A stretch of DNA of 64,000 bases from Lingula anatina (Eukaryota > Animalia > Brachiopoda), in contig CM120645.1 in the NCBI GenBank assembly GCA_051362555.1, positions 1,302,001 to 1,366,000 on the forward strand, written 5' to 3'. This document shows, in pieces, positions 24,675-38,800 of the stretch. Position numbers and translations under genes: made by a program. The stretch's first letter is position 1, and every line of letters begins with the position of its first letter. A model generated the notes under the pieces. That model saw nothing but the letters and a program-made list of their open reading frames with translations, was not told where the DNA came from and made no database searches.

Positions 24675-25407
24675 AAGGGAAAAAAACTGGTTTTGGGCAA
24701 TGTCAAATTTGGCTACATGTTGGGGACTAAATCACTCAAATTCAACCCTAACTATCAATAAAATTCACAATAACCAAAATCTAGAAAGTGACATAACCGT
24801 CAAATTAAAATCAGATTTTTGGAAAGAGTTACACAGAGAGGAAAATAATAAGCTGAGGACATACAGGAAAATTAAACATCAATATGAACCCGAACCATAC
24901 TTAAAAATGAATATTTCACGCACACACAAAAAACTTTTGGCAAAAATGCGAATTAGTGACCATGACCTACAAACCCAAAAACACAACTTTCAGACCGAAA
25001 ATGCCCCCACTGTAATGAGGTAGAAGATGAAATACATTTTTTCCTAAAATGCGCCCATCACAAAATTGAAAGGAAATTGCTGTTCGAATGCATACCAGAG
25101 GTAAACTTGCAAGGTCTAACAGACGAGGTCAAACAGTTTGACATCATTCTAAACCCACCCACTGAACAGAGTGCAATTGCAGTAGGGAATTTTGTAAGTA
25201 AAATTATGAAAAAGCGTAATTAACTAGAAGTGTACAAATGATTTCATGCATCTCACCTGTATATTAAGAGAATGCATATGGTATAACATTATATAAGTAT
25301 AATTTTTTCTCTCTTTCATTTACTTACTATCATTACTATCTTTCCATATGTATAATATATAGTAGCAAGAGAGCCTCTAAATGTAAAAACATTTCAGTGC
25401 TCAATAA

Positions 25408-25453
<46 letters not shown>
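24675..25453 (+). mobile_element. 5'-truncated non-LTR retrotransposon (RTE-X-like) 3' end
   Basis: NKLRTYRKIKHQYEPEPYL...KKLLAKMRISDHDL and CPHCNEVEDEIHFFLKC motifs, then AATAAA and a (TTA)n tail. Empty site at ~29240. Confidence 0.8.
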
Positions 25454-25454
<1 letters not shown>

Positions 25455-28400
25455 GGTAGAAATGCAGTTTGTGAAATCAATTTAGCTTTAAACCACATAG
25501 TTGATTAAAAGTGTATGGTATATGCAACTAAACAACACATTGTTTTATTTGTAATGTGCAAGTTTTTTCATATATGTGGCTTATAATATAAACAGAATCT
25601 ACTTATCAAAAATAAAAGAAGTCCCTTCAAATGCAAATATGGATTGGTACCTGGTACCAGTGAAAGAAAACCTCCCAACTCTGGGAAAGTTTATTAATTT
25701 TATTATTTGTAAAAGCTGCAGTGGTCCACATTATAAAAGGGAATTGTGTGTTAGTTAGTTAAATATATAAATGTGTACTTATCAAATAAAGTATATAGCA
25801 CGAAATCATCACCTACTGGATAATTAATTAATTAATGTAGAATAACAATTTATGCAACATGCATGTAAATATATATTTGCACAGTTTTAATAACTGATGG
25901 GTGTAATAATCTTGACATTTTCTGTTGGTGATACCATGTTTCAGATATTATACAAGTACTTAAAATGTAAACATAAGATAACATAACGTAGCAATGTAGT
26001 TAAATATAAATTGTCTTTCATTTGTTATTTTCATATGTTAATGAAAGGAATACCCTCATCAGTTGACAGAGAGCTCAATAATGTGCCGCAACTAACTGGT
26101 AATTCAAAGTTGTGCAGAGGCCTCCATAGATACAAAGGTCAGAGTTAAAGATGAACTTCCGTAAGAGCGTTGGTAAAATTTCGATTTCAAACTAATTTTT
26201 TAAACTAAATAGGCTCCAGATCACATTATTCAAAATGTATTTCTCAATTTGACAATGTACAAAATGTAACCCTGAGTACGTTAATAGCCAAGATATTACA
26301 CCGTTTCTGACACCCTATAAATCTCCAATTTTTTACCCAATTCAAAAGTCTAAGACCTCCGGTTTGCCTTAAAGCCACCTAGCGGCAGACCGGTTGCTCC
26401 CAGGCTGATAAATTGGACCCAATTTTTTTCAGCACTACCTGGTCCCGATGGGATAAGAAATGGCGGCAACCAGGCAATGAAACTTTGTTAGCGAAACTAA
26501 TAGTATCACGAGTCCATTTCCACTTTCCCAGAACCCGTAATGTGGTACCTGCTTGTTTCAGAAGCCTGTGCTAAGATCTGGAAGTGTTGTGAGTGTTCAA
26601 AAGTAACACTACGGCATGAACATCTACTTTCAGTTTCAAATTTGACTAGACTGTAGTACTCACTGTTATTTATGTCAGTGGCAGTACCTTTAGTTTTAGT
26701 TCTATGACGAACGGGTGCTTTCTTTATGGGCTCGGTACTGTTACTAAGGTATATGACAGTCAGTAACGGCTCCTTAGTTAACTGTAGATATTTTTTCTGG
26801 TTTTCTCTCTCTAATTGCTGCTGGCGCGTCGGAGTTCTGCAGTCAACGTCAACGCTTATCGTCTCTAGACAAATATTGTATTAAGACGCGCTCACGTACT
26901 TCATTTCAGGTAGAACTAACAAACATGCTATTCACGATAAGTTTTCAAAAATTACAGTTCTTAATTAACCCATGGGGATAATGTGCTTTGTTAAGTTCTT
27001 ATCATTCTTGTATTGTATTCAATAGATCAACAACTCTGAAAGGAACAGGCGCTACAATAATGGGTGGAACTATTTTTTCACGATTAAATTAAAAACTATA
27101 TATCACGGGTGTGATTATCCAATCCGTCAGACACTATAAACAAGTTTTTATTAAATACATTTTTGTCTGCATGGGTTCCATGTGCAGTACATTTTTCAAA
27201 GACTTACTGATAAAACTGGCCTTAACTAAGTGTTTTATTTTTCGTATTTAATTGTTAAATCAAAAACAACCACTCCATGTTTTTCAGCGGTGGGGGGCGG
27301 GGTGTGTGTAATGAATGACGTCATGAGCAGCTACTTGACCCGACTGACTGACAAACACAGACCAACAGACAGATGTGGAGAAATAACCTGGAACTCTATA
27401 TAATGTACATGTATATGGGAATTGATAAGCGGGACGATATTCAACAATTCAGGATTTAGGAGGGGGGCGTGACCCCCCTTAGTTTTTCTGTAAATAAATC
27501 ATACAGATAGTCCCCTCTTGAAATTATAATTGTGACTAGCTGAATCATAGTTCTCAAGCGTACATGTACGAAATGGCACTTTTTACCCTCCAAATCACCA
27601 AAATTTTCCACGGCCCTCAAGCGGGCCCTCGAACCTTCGCCAAGGAATGCGAGGGTCAGCTTCCAATGCAAGGCCTGTTATTACTAAAACAAAAAAAAGC
27701 CCACCCCCTTCAAATAACCCTGTATCAGCCCCTGCGGTATAGCAATTAAGCATATATAAATGTGTGTATGTTTTTTTATTGTTTTTGTTTTGTTTTAAAG
27801 TTATGCAGTTCTAAGTTTCTATTTCACTGGCTTAAAATTCATTCTTTAATAACATTCAGCGACAGTTCCCGACAAGTTGGATTGAACAACATGGACTGAT
27901 AGTTTCACTGGGAATGGGCCCTTTAACTAAATTTTTACCATTCTTTAAGAAATGCTGTATGTGCATGGTTTGCCATGAAGAAAAAGCAAGTCAGTTCGTT
28001 AACTTTGATTTCATTTAATTCCTGCATTTTCTTGCTATATATATAAATCATGTGGGGAGAACACTGGTCAAGTGGTAACCGTTACTTTAAATAAATACCA
28101 ACCAAGTGGACACGTGGACCAGTAACAAAGGTGATGAACAGAAGACTGTAGACACGCTCTTGTTAAGTTGCCACCATTCTGAATACATGTTGATCAAATA
28201 TGATGTATAAAACTCCAGTTTAGTTGTGAATATGGGAAAATAATAATAAAATGTATGTTACGTCTTATCCATAGACATCATGTACCGGTATATTTACTTG
28301 CCTATTCTTATGAAAATTAAAGCATTTAAGACATCTAAAGTTTGTTTTGTTTGTGAATTGAAAAAGTAAATAAATAAAATATAAAAAACAAACAGGCTTC

Positions 28401-31400
28401 TAAAATGAGTTTTAAAAAATGTTTCAAAGACAACCATTTCGAACTAAGTCATAACATCAACAATTGAATAAAACATTGGATCCGAGTGCAGGGCTTAGTC
28501 AAACAATGATTCTTGAGTCGGAGAAAATTTGGCTTTTACCGAAAACAATCCATTTTGGTGGGTAGATCCCGTAAAGAGAACCTTGAACTAATTTCAACAG
28601 ACCAGGTGTTTTTTCCGTATATTCAAACTTTGATCCTTCTTTCCTGACATTTTTTAACTCTGTAACAATCTGAATAAAATTTGGAAGTCTTTAACCACAC
28701 CATTATTTTGAACTCTGACAATGCGTTGCACGCCATCACAAACTGTGTCAAGATGGTTGACATGTGGCGAGGTTCGTCAGGAGGAGAAAAACTATTTAAT
28801 CATTTTTTTGTGATATTAATTCTTGGCATTTATCTGTAGAAATATCGAAACTGATAACTTGTCTTCAGATATGTTTAACAGTAAGTAGATTAGGCATTTT
28901 TAAAACGTGTATTTTAAATCTTTCACTTTGATTTTTCACCATTTGAGTGACACATTAACGTCATTGCTCTTCTTGGAAGTCGAGTTTCATTTCGCGTTAA
29001 CAGACTTTTGAATTGGGTAAAATATCGCAAGATTGATTAGGTGTGTTTTGTCAAGATTAAATCTGAACTTTGACAAACCTACAATAAACTGGATAACAAA
29101 CAAAGAAACAAACATAGAATAAACATTATATCCCTTTTATGAATATAGTGAGGAACTAGTCAAAATTGTGACATCCATCATTGACCAGGGGCGGATCCAG
29201 GATCATTTCAAGGGAGGGGTGGGGGAGTCAATATCAGTATATAATGGTAGAAATGCAGTTTGTAAAATCACTTTAGGTTTTAACCACATAGTTATTTAAA
29301 AATGTAAGGTATATGCAACAAAAGGATACATTGTTTTATTTTTCTGTGCAAGTTTTTTTAATATGTGGCTTATAGACAAAATCTACTTATCAAAAATAAA
29401 ACAAAATTATTCAAATGCAAATATGGATTGGTACCTGGTATTAGTGAAAGAAAACCTGCCAACTCTGGGAATTTTTTTTATTAAATTATATTATTTGTAT
29501 AAATTAAAGTGGTCCACTTTATAAAAGGGGATTGTGTGTTAAATACAAATGTGTACCAATCAAGTAACGTATACAACATTAAATTATGGTTAATTTACAA
29601 TGAAAAAAAAAACATTAAAATTTATTTATATTAGCACTTGGTAAGTGCCAAAAAAATTATTTCCATTGTCCCCAACTCTTAGTTGCTCTATGTACATAAT
29701 ACGGTCAAAGCGAGGCTAATATACGGATATTATAAGTAAGAGTTTTCAGGTTTACACGGTTGTGAATTTATTTGTGTCATTCCTAGCTTAAGGCAAAATT
29801 CTTTACATGCTTAAATTGAAAGCTCAATAAATGTGTCACAACATACTGGTAATTGAAAGTTGTGCAGAGGCCTGTATAGATTGAAAGATCAGAGTTTAAG
29901 ACGAACTTCAGTAAGAGCTTTGGTAAAATTTCAATTTCAAACTCATTTTAACCCTAAAAGGCTCCAGATCACATTATTCAAAAATTATTTCTCAATTTGA
30001 CAATGTACAAAATGTAACCCTGATTACGTTAATAGCCGAGATATTACACCGTTTCTGACACCCTATAAATCTCCAAAATTTTTTGTTGGAATTTTTCGGG
30101 AATTAATCCTGATCCCGTTCATGCTATTCAAGCCTAGAAAAAAAATCAATGGCGTTTTCAATAGAACATCATTAAAATAATTTCTTCCTACATTTTGTAC
30201 ATTGTCAAATTGAGAAAATTTTACCCAATTCAAAAGTCTAAGACCTCCGGTTTGCCTAAAAGCCACCTAGCGGCAGACCGGTTGCTCCCAGGTTGAAAAA
30301 TTGAGCCCAGATTTTTTTATGTCAGCACTACGTGATCCCGATGGGATAAGAAATGGCGGCAACCAGGCAATGAAACTCTGTTAGCGAAACTAGTATCACG
30401 AGTCCATTTCCACTTTCCCAGAACTCGTAATTTGGTACATGCTTGTTTCAGAAGCTTGTACTAAGATCTTGAAGTGTTGTGAGTGTTCAAAAGTAACAAT
30501 ACAACATGAACATCTACTTTCAGTTTCAAATTTGACTATACTGTAGTACTCACTGTTATTTATGTCAGTAGCAGTACCTTCAGTTTCAGTTCTAAGGCGT
30601 ACAGGTGCTTTCTTTATGGGCTCGGTGCTGTTACTCAGGTAAATGACAGTCAGTAGCAGCTCTCTGTAGATATTTTTTCTGTTTTTTCTCTGTCTAATTT
30701 CTGCTGGAGTGTCAGAGTTCTGTAGTCAACTTCAACGCTTATCGTTTTATCGTATAGACAAATATTGTATTAGGCCGCGCTCACGTACTTCATTTCAGGT
30801 AGAACTAGCAACCGTGATATTCATGGTAAGTTTTCAAAAATTACAGTTCTTTTTAAACCCATGGGGATTCGGGATAATGTGTTTTGTTATGTTTTTATCA
30901 TGCTTGCATTGTATTCAATAGATCAACAACACTTAAAGAAACAGGTGCTACAACAATGGTTGGAACTATTTTTTTCACGGTCAAATTAAAAAGTGTATAT
31001 CACAGGTGTGATTTTCTAATCCGCCAGACACTGTAAACAAGTTTTTTAAAATAAATTATTGTCTGGGTTCCATGTACATGTTTTAAAGACTAACTGATAA
31101 AACTGGCCTTAACTGAATATTTTAAGATTCGTTTTTAATTGTTAGACTAAAAACAACCACTCCATGTTTTTTCAGTGAGGTGGAGGGGGGGGGGGCGGTA
31201 CTTGACCCGACTGACTGACAAACACAAACCAACAGATAGATGTGGAGAAACCTGGAACTCTGTATAATGTACATGTGTATGGGAATTGATGGGCGGGACA
31301 ATAGTAAACAATTCGGGATTTAGGAGGGGCGTCAGGGGGTCAGGACCCCCCTTAGTTTTCTGAAAATAAATCACACAGATAGTCCCCTCTTGAAATTAGA

Positions 31401-33193
31401 ATTGTGACTAGCTGAATCATAGTTCTCAAGCATACCAAATGACACTGTTTACCCTCCAAATCACCAACATTCCCCAAGGCCCCTAAGCGCTGCGAGGGTC
31501 AGCTTCCCATGTAAGGCCTGTCATATTCCTAAAACAAACAAACAAAAAAGCCCACCCCCTTCAAATAATCCTGGATCAGCCCCTGCGGTATAGCAATTAG
31601 GCACGTGTAATGTGTTTAAGAATTTTTTGTTTGCTTTTTTTTTTTTATATTTTTCAGTTATGCAATTCCAAGTTTCTTTTTCACTGGCTTAAACTTCATA
31701 CTTTTAGAAATGCTATATGTACAATTATCACCAGGCGGCTTTTCTGTATTCTACTTAATTGCAGGAGACATGTTAATCTGTTCAACTGATTGCATTCAGC
31801 AACAGTCCCCAACAAGTTGGATTGAACAACATGGACTGGTAAATTCACTGGGAATGGGCCCTTTAACTTAATTTTTACCATACTTTTACAGATGCTGTAT
31901 GTCCATGGAATTTGCCTTGAAAAAAGAAAAGAAAAAATCAGTTTGTTTACTTCAAATTATTTATTAATTTCTTTGTTTTTTTGCCGTACAAATCCTGTGG
32001 GGAGAACACTGGTCAAGTGGTATCCGTGACTTTAAATAAATACCAACCAAGTGGACACGTAGACCAGTAACAAAAGTGATGAACAGAAGACTGTAGACAT
32101 GCTCTTGCTAAGTTGTCACCATTCTGAATACATGGTGATCAAATGTAATGTATAAAAATCCCAGTCTAGTTGTGAATATGGGTAAATAATGATAAAATAT
32201 ATAGTATGTCATATCCATAGACATCATGTACATTAACTTGCCTAGTTTTATAAGAATAAAAACATTTAAAACATCTAAACTGTCTTTTGTAGACAAAGGA
32301 AAAAAATTGATAATTTTAAAGACAGACAAGTTCACATCTTATCATAGCATAATCCAAACCACGACACAGCAGATGGAGTGCACATTTTTACACACTTTCC
32401 TAAAATCTTACCATTGCCACTTCACTTGATCCATTTTCTAGAACAAACAAAGCCAGCTCTATATAACCTGTATTTATAGTTGTAAACAATTCTTGCAGTT
32501 CAAACCCCTCATGGCAAGACTTGATATCGGGATTTGAGCAACTATCAAATGTTTTTTAGCACCCGAATGGAGCTGCAAGAAAGAGGAACCTGGGTGTTGC
32601 ATGCCTTGACTTTATGACCGGTAACCAGATCCATCTCACCTTAGGACAGACAACAATGAGATATGTTAATAAATGTCATGACCAAAAATAATTTAAAGGA
32701 AAATTAGCCCTAAAATTTAGCTGCTATGCTCGCTAAATAATGTATGTTTTAAAAGTAAAAATGTTATCTACCACACCTGTTTGCAAAATGTTTCTGCTCC
32801 TATGCAAACTTATCAAATATTATAATTTGAGACTTTAATTCAGCTGGTCGAAATGTATACAAGGCATGCTGGCATAAATCTTACATTCTTTATATCTGAA
32901 GATAAATTTTTAATAGATGGTTGACGGCATTAGACTTCCTCATAAGTTTATGAATCGTAAACTTGATATAATTTCCTTCTACTTCTATATTTCCCAGTAC
33001 ATACATCTAGTCCACTCCATCTGTGCTATGTATTGTATAACAAAGAATTCATCCACTACAAACAGAAATATTTGTTTCATACTACAACTTGGGAACAACA
33101 TGATACCACTACCTACTCTGGTACAGGGACAGTGTGACTGTGCTGTTTACCATGTATCGATGACAACCAGTGTTTTCATGATATATTTGGTTT

Positions 33194-35027
33194 TTACATA
33201 CAAGTGTCTATGGTTTTGTTGAGATGGAGAACATGATTTCTATGTTGTGACCTGTTCCCTATAGGAGGCGCTTGTCTTCCGTGATGGTGGCGTTCAGCAC
33301 TATCAAAGTGTCTGTGATTGTGATTGTTTTCACTGGGGAGTCCCCAGAATCTATATTATGATATGAGCTGAGGTGGCTGAGCTGAGGATGACTACTACTA
33401 TTACTACTGGTATGGTGACTTGGTGACTTTGGAGAACTGGCACTGGATGAGTGATGGTTGGGATGAACCTCAGAGTCTGGATACAGATCTGGAACGATTC
33501 ACATTATACACATATATACTAAACCTTTATGGAATTAAGCACCATAGATTTTATATATAAAGTAGTAATTCATTTGCAATTTTATGATAATCAAATTTGG
33601 GAGGGTAATCAAGATACACACAAATTTACTGAATGCCATCACGGTTGTGTTGACTGCATCTACAGAGGTATAAAAGAATCAATGTTTGTCTAACCATCTG
33701 CCAAAGACAACTGTTGAAGTTACGGATAAATTAAGATCCTTAATTATCATAATGTTAACCGACCATTTTTATAATAGTGAATTACAAATGCATTACCTTC
33801 ATATGGTATGGGCAATGTGTGAGATTGGTGTGAGAATTATGTCCAGGGACACATGAGTACTGTGGCAAGGAGGCAGTGTGGGGGGCAGGGGGCTCTGAAA
33901 TTGAACACAAATATAAAGATGTGGTGTGAGAATTATGTCCAGGGACACATGAGTACTGTGGCAAGGAGGCAGTGTGGGGGGCAGGGGGGTCTGGAATTGA
34001 ACACAAATATAAAGATGTGGTGTGAAAATTATGTCCAGGGAAACATGAGTACTGTGGGAGGAAAGCAAGGTTTAACTCGATATAATTCTTCTTTACATAA
34101 AGTCCAAATTACCAAACAATAGTTAAAATGTAAAGTGTTTGTCGGTAAAATAATTATTTTCCTTTACACAGATCTATCCCTGTTTTATTAACCTCAACTA
34201 AGAATTGGAATTGCTTAGAAAATGTCATCCAAATGATAAAATACCTGGATTGTCTGTGGGTGACTTGGAGCAGTGATAACTATCTGCTGTTGATATGGTG
34301 TGAGGCAGGGAGCTGGTGTTAAACCATTTCGGTGGCTGATGAATATGGCCACTGGGCTTGGTGACCTGTCCCGGACCCCATTGTGATTGGCAAGTTAGGA
34401 TGAGGGCTAAATGTTTGCAGAGAGACCAGTCCAGTGCTGCTGGTGCTCCGTGTGCTGGGAGAGCTACTGTCTGACGCACTGCTTGGAGGAGATAAACTGT
34501 TGATACTGTGCTCTGTGGAAAGTAGATACGTTACATCTCCACAGGATATACAGAAAGTTATTTTTTCTATTTTTTTCTATTGATGATTGGCATAAACCTG
34601 TAATTTCGGCTCGCCCCAGAATATACCTCACATGAAGTTTTTAACACTAAGGCTTGAATGGTCCTTACTGAGGCAGATAAAATATCAGATAAATTTGGTT
34701 TAAATTGTCTTCACAACTTTTTACCAATTCTGAAAATGTAAAAATAGGTAAAAAAATCTTTTAAATTGTCTCAGTACAAACCTGACTCTGCAGCCGGCTG
34801 GTGTGCATCACAAGTCAGCGGCACTGACTGTTCTAGATCATCATCCTCCACATCACTTGGAAAGATGGCTGTCGTGTGCCCACACTCGGCCTTGGCGTAC
34901 CGGGGGTGTGACTGGAACATGGGTAACACATGTCCCTGATACTCCAGGAACTGGTCCGACTTTGAGCTTTCCCGTTCCTCATCTGATGGATTATATGGCG
35001 TCAAGTCACCGGGTAAAGTTGTCTCAT
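33194..35027 (-). pseudogene. Downstream exon set of copy 2: 35027-34782 intact (246 nt, phase 1-1); 34512-34245, 33894-33797 and 33488-~33194 frameshifted
   Basis: Homologous to 9558-11250. Exon lengths 268 vs 270 nt and 98 vs 99 nt, and a further 1-nt loss in the His-rich exon. Confidence 0.55.
33825..34070. repeat. ~2.6 copies of the 96-bp acceptor-containing tandem repeat
   Basis: Reads in frame as (PPAPHTASLPQYSCVPGHNSHTTSLYLCSISE)n on the minus strand. Confidence 0.85.
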
Positions 35028-35188
35028 CTGTAGAAGTTATAATATTTTATTTAAGATTAGCAAAAAATCATTATCTGTGTTATGCAATCCAAATTACAAT
35101 ATTCATTTTTCCATCAGCATTATCACACCTAAAACGTCATTTTTTGTGTGACACTGAAATATTGCAGTAGTAGTGAAGACCGGGAGCT

Positions 35189-35220
<32 letters not shown>

Positions 35221-35450
35221 TATTATTAGAACTTTATATAAGGGTAATTTAAACTTATATTTTATAGTGCATTCAGACTTTCTCAATGACAAGTTTTTTG
35301 TCACTTTTCAATTTTGTCGAGCAGCATCCCACTGTGAGATAGGTTTCACCCCTCCCTCTATCACTGATCGTCCCCTTCCCCCATTACAGAACCGAACAGA
35401 CATCTTCATCTAATAAAACAATGACGTATTATCATATCACGTGTTCTCAC

Positions 35451-35690
35451 CTGTATGTCTCACTCCTCTTCCTGGTCTAATAAATAATGATCACCCTGAC
35501 CACGGACGTTCCCACCAGGCAGCACACCACCGCTATTATTATAATCCCTGTCGTTGTGGACTCGTCATCCAGATTGATAACAGTGGTAAAAGACGTCCCC
35601 TTTCTCATTCATGGATTATATGGATGGGTGAAGGTCACTGGGTAAAGCGGCTGCCAGGAATTACTGCAGGAGCAATTCTTTAGTCTAACT
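35451..35690 (-). pseudogene. Decayed transmembrane-segment exon
   Basis: TSFTTVINLDDESTTT-GIIIIAVVCCLVGTSVVRVIIIY*TRKRSETY then AG|gtgaga donor: Thr-rich stalk, hydrophobic stretch, basic stop-transfer. In-frame TAG at 35479-35477. Confidence 0.5.
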
Positions 35691-35846
35691 GACTAAGGGT
35701 CATTGTTTGTTTTTTCCTTTCTAAAAGCTTTATAAACTGAGATGTAAGGCCTAAATATTTGATAATATCAAAGAATTTCTGAAAATAAAATAAAATTTGT
35801 ACCACGATTGCAGCAGAAAGTGAGTCAGTTTTGTTGACCACTTGGT

Positions 35847-38800
35847 TTATTTAAGGAGGGAAGCAAGCTCACTTTGTCTATTTTTCCTGAGGCAGTCTCT
35901 TAATAAATCAAATGCCTCATCTCCTCTGGTTTTGATAATGTCCAGGAAGACATCAGTTTTCTCTGGACATACCACCCTGGTAGCTGAGGCTTGGTCATGG
36001 TGTTGAGGAAGCTCTGCTTTCACTCTTTCAGCTTCACGATGGGTGATGATGTCTTCTTGGAAGAATTCATTCAACATGTCCAGGAGACAGGGTTCTGTGA
36101 TTTTTTCGCGAAGCCTTGGCTTTTCTTTATGCAGAACTGAAAACAATAAAAAACCTGCAATGTTTTTTAAATGATACACACATGAAAGCTAAAAAAACTA
36201 CCTGTAGTTGTTATGTAAAAATAGTACTTTTAGTGGATAATTAATAATAAGGCTTTGACACACAGACAGAGGCAACTATAGAAAAATACTAAAATTCGTC
36301 ACTGCTGTAAGAAAACTTTTTGCATGTTATCTAGGAACATGGAGAAAATATGTTAAAATTTTACAAAAAAATACTTAGTATGGGAAGTCAATCACCGGGG
36401 TAATGTTATTATAGCTAAAATGCTGCACTAAACGAAAACACATTAACATAATGAAACTATTCTTGTTTGTATATTATTTTGTATGTCATGTTCAGGTGAG
36501 GGCAGTCTTACAACATTTTTTTTTTAAATAGAGGAAGAGAGGGAGTGAATCATTGTGGTTATGCTATAACAGTAATGTGTTTACCTTCCTGCCAGCTAGG
36601 TGGATAGACCAGATCTCCAGGAATGGATACAGCATAATTGACACATGGCACCTGTCTTGGTTTGGCTGTCTCCCCAAGGGTTTGGTCAAGTATCTCCCCA
36701 GGGAAGAGGGTTGGGTGCTCACTGTCCTTACGAACACAGTGGGGGCACACCAGATACTTGTCATATGAGAGTCCAGGCCAGTCCTCTTTAATGATGTCCA
36801 TGAGGTCACTGTGGCCTTGCGTGAGAACACCCCACAAGTGTGAGAGATGTGATCCTCGGACAGCAATGCTGATAACCCAGTCTGGGTCTTGGCTGACTGT
36901 ATCAAGATTTGACTGCTGTAGCCCCCGTGTCAGCTGCATTTTGCATCCTTCAAGTTCTGCATACACCCCATCCTTCCAATCAATTCGCAGGGTCTTCATG
37001 AGTCCAAGGTGTTTGTGCTGACGAACAGAAAATTTCTCATATAAGCCATCGGGACATTTGTATGGAAAGAGAACCTGCAAGGTAAGTTGTATGGTGTCTG
37101 GGGGAACGCTGCTGGGCCATTTGGTGTCTACCTCAGGTTGTCTTTCTTCACTGAGGAGCCATGGAAAGTGGAATGAGGTATTGGATAGAAGGGATTCATC
37201 TTCCTGGACTTGATAGCACAGCTCCAGTTTCAGCATCATTTCAATCATGACATCAACTTCACTGCTTGACAATTTGAAAGACTCACACAGGCAACTCATA
37301 GCTTGTTTAGAAACAATTCCTCTGCTGAAGATGTCTTCTTCTATTTCAGGTGCTTTCCTTCTTGTAATCTTCATGGACCTCCGGAGCTTCTGTGATACTT
37401 CACATTTATCATGAGTGAGGACTGCCTTGAGAACATTCACTAGAATCTCTTGCTTGTGGAAAACTACTTTCATCAGCGAAAGGCTTCTATCAAACCATAT
37501 TATGTCTCCACGGTGAGCTAGGAAACTTAAGATGTCACAAATCATTCTTTCTACTTCCTTTGGATTTTTTTCTCTCCATGATGTAGGTGCATTTTGCAGA
37601 ATGAGGTCTTCAATCACTTCCCAGCTGAGTGTGTTTTCAGAGCCTTCACTTTTCTTGGTGCAGATATTCTTGGCTGCTTCCACCCACATTCCTGGTAGTA
37701 CTTCAGCACTTGTCCTGGCAAAAGAAACAAGGTAGTTTCTCAGCTCTGGGACTCCTTTATAGGTTTTGGAACTCGCTGTAAAAATATGCTCATAGATGGG
37801 TTTCATCTGACAATACAAGGTCTGCAGATGAGCTGCTTTGCTTTGGTAAGCTTGGCGGAGAGATGCTTGGGCTTCCGGCATTTCTTTTATTTTGTTATCA
37901 CAAGTCTCCTTTTGTGCTTGATACCACTTCTTCTTTTCATCTGCATGGTCTTCAAGCTGCCTGTTTATTGCAGAGCATTTTGTTTCTACTTGTGTGATTT
38001 CAACCTCATCAAGGTGAGTTCCAATTAGTGCTATTTGTATCCCTGGCATCTGTGCTTGCACCTTGTCAATCCAATCTCCAATGAGCGGCTTAAAATGACC
38101 CTCATTTTCTGCATCATATTTAGACAGATCGAACGTGATGAAAACCAACCCACTAGTGGAGATAAATATGGGATGTCCTATTCTATAGGCATCATGTCCA
38201 CCAAAGTCATTGATATTGAAGGCAATATCTTCATCAGCCTCCCATGTTCCCTGCTCCACCACTCTTGTCCTGTCTGCCTTCTTTGTGAGGATCGACTGTC
38301 CAAGTTGCAATGTACGTGAAATGCTAGTTTTTCCTGCTTCTGTTTCACCAAGAAAGCTGACCTGTATTCTGCTTGACTGGATTGCCTTGGTGTCAGTTAA
38401 TGCCTCAAAATACCTCTTGATGGCACCTAGCCCCCTGTTGGCAATATGTTTAGGTGGTTGCACCAGAGGATTATCTGTCACGTTTAGATTTGTTTCCATA
38501 TTACAGATCTGACGTGGCAAATGAGTGATGTTATTGGATTCCAATTTAAGAATCTGAAGTTTAGTCATTTTTGTGATGTCCACTGGTACGTCAGATAGCT
38601 TGTTGTTATCCAGGTACAGTTTCTCTAGATTAGTCAGGCCACACAGTGCTATGGGAAATGTAGTGTAGTCGTTGTTATTGAGCCAGAATAGTTTAAGTCC
38701 CTTCATCTTGCTGATATCCACTGGTACGTCAGATAGCTGGTTGTGAGACAGGTCCAGCTTCTCCAGGTCAATCAAGCCACACAGCGCTATGGGGAATGTA

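Larger units (their letters stand above)
23266..32290. repeat. Two tandem copies (23266-28430, 28431-~32290) of a ~3.9-kb non-coding unit built from TE fragments
   Basis: Shared landmarks CCATTTC.AACTAA.TCATAACATC, CAGGGGCGGATCCAGG, GCCACCTAGCGGCAGACCGGTTGCTCCCAGG and ATCAGCCCCTGCGGTATAGC occur in the same order in both copies. Confidence 0.9.

Noticed and set aside
24620-27734. Single hAT element bounded by CAGGGGCGGATCCAGG and CCTG.ATCAGCCCCTG
   Set aside because: Ends look like hAT-type TIRs but no matching 8-bp TSD was seen; probably halves of different MITEs within a rearranged unit.
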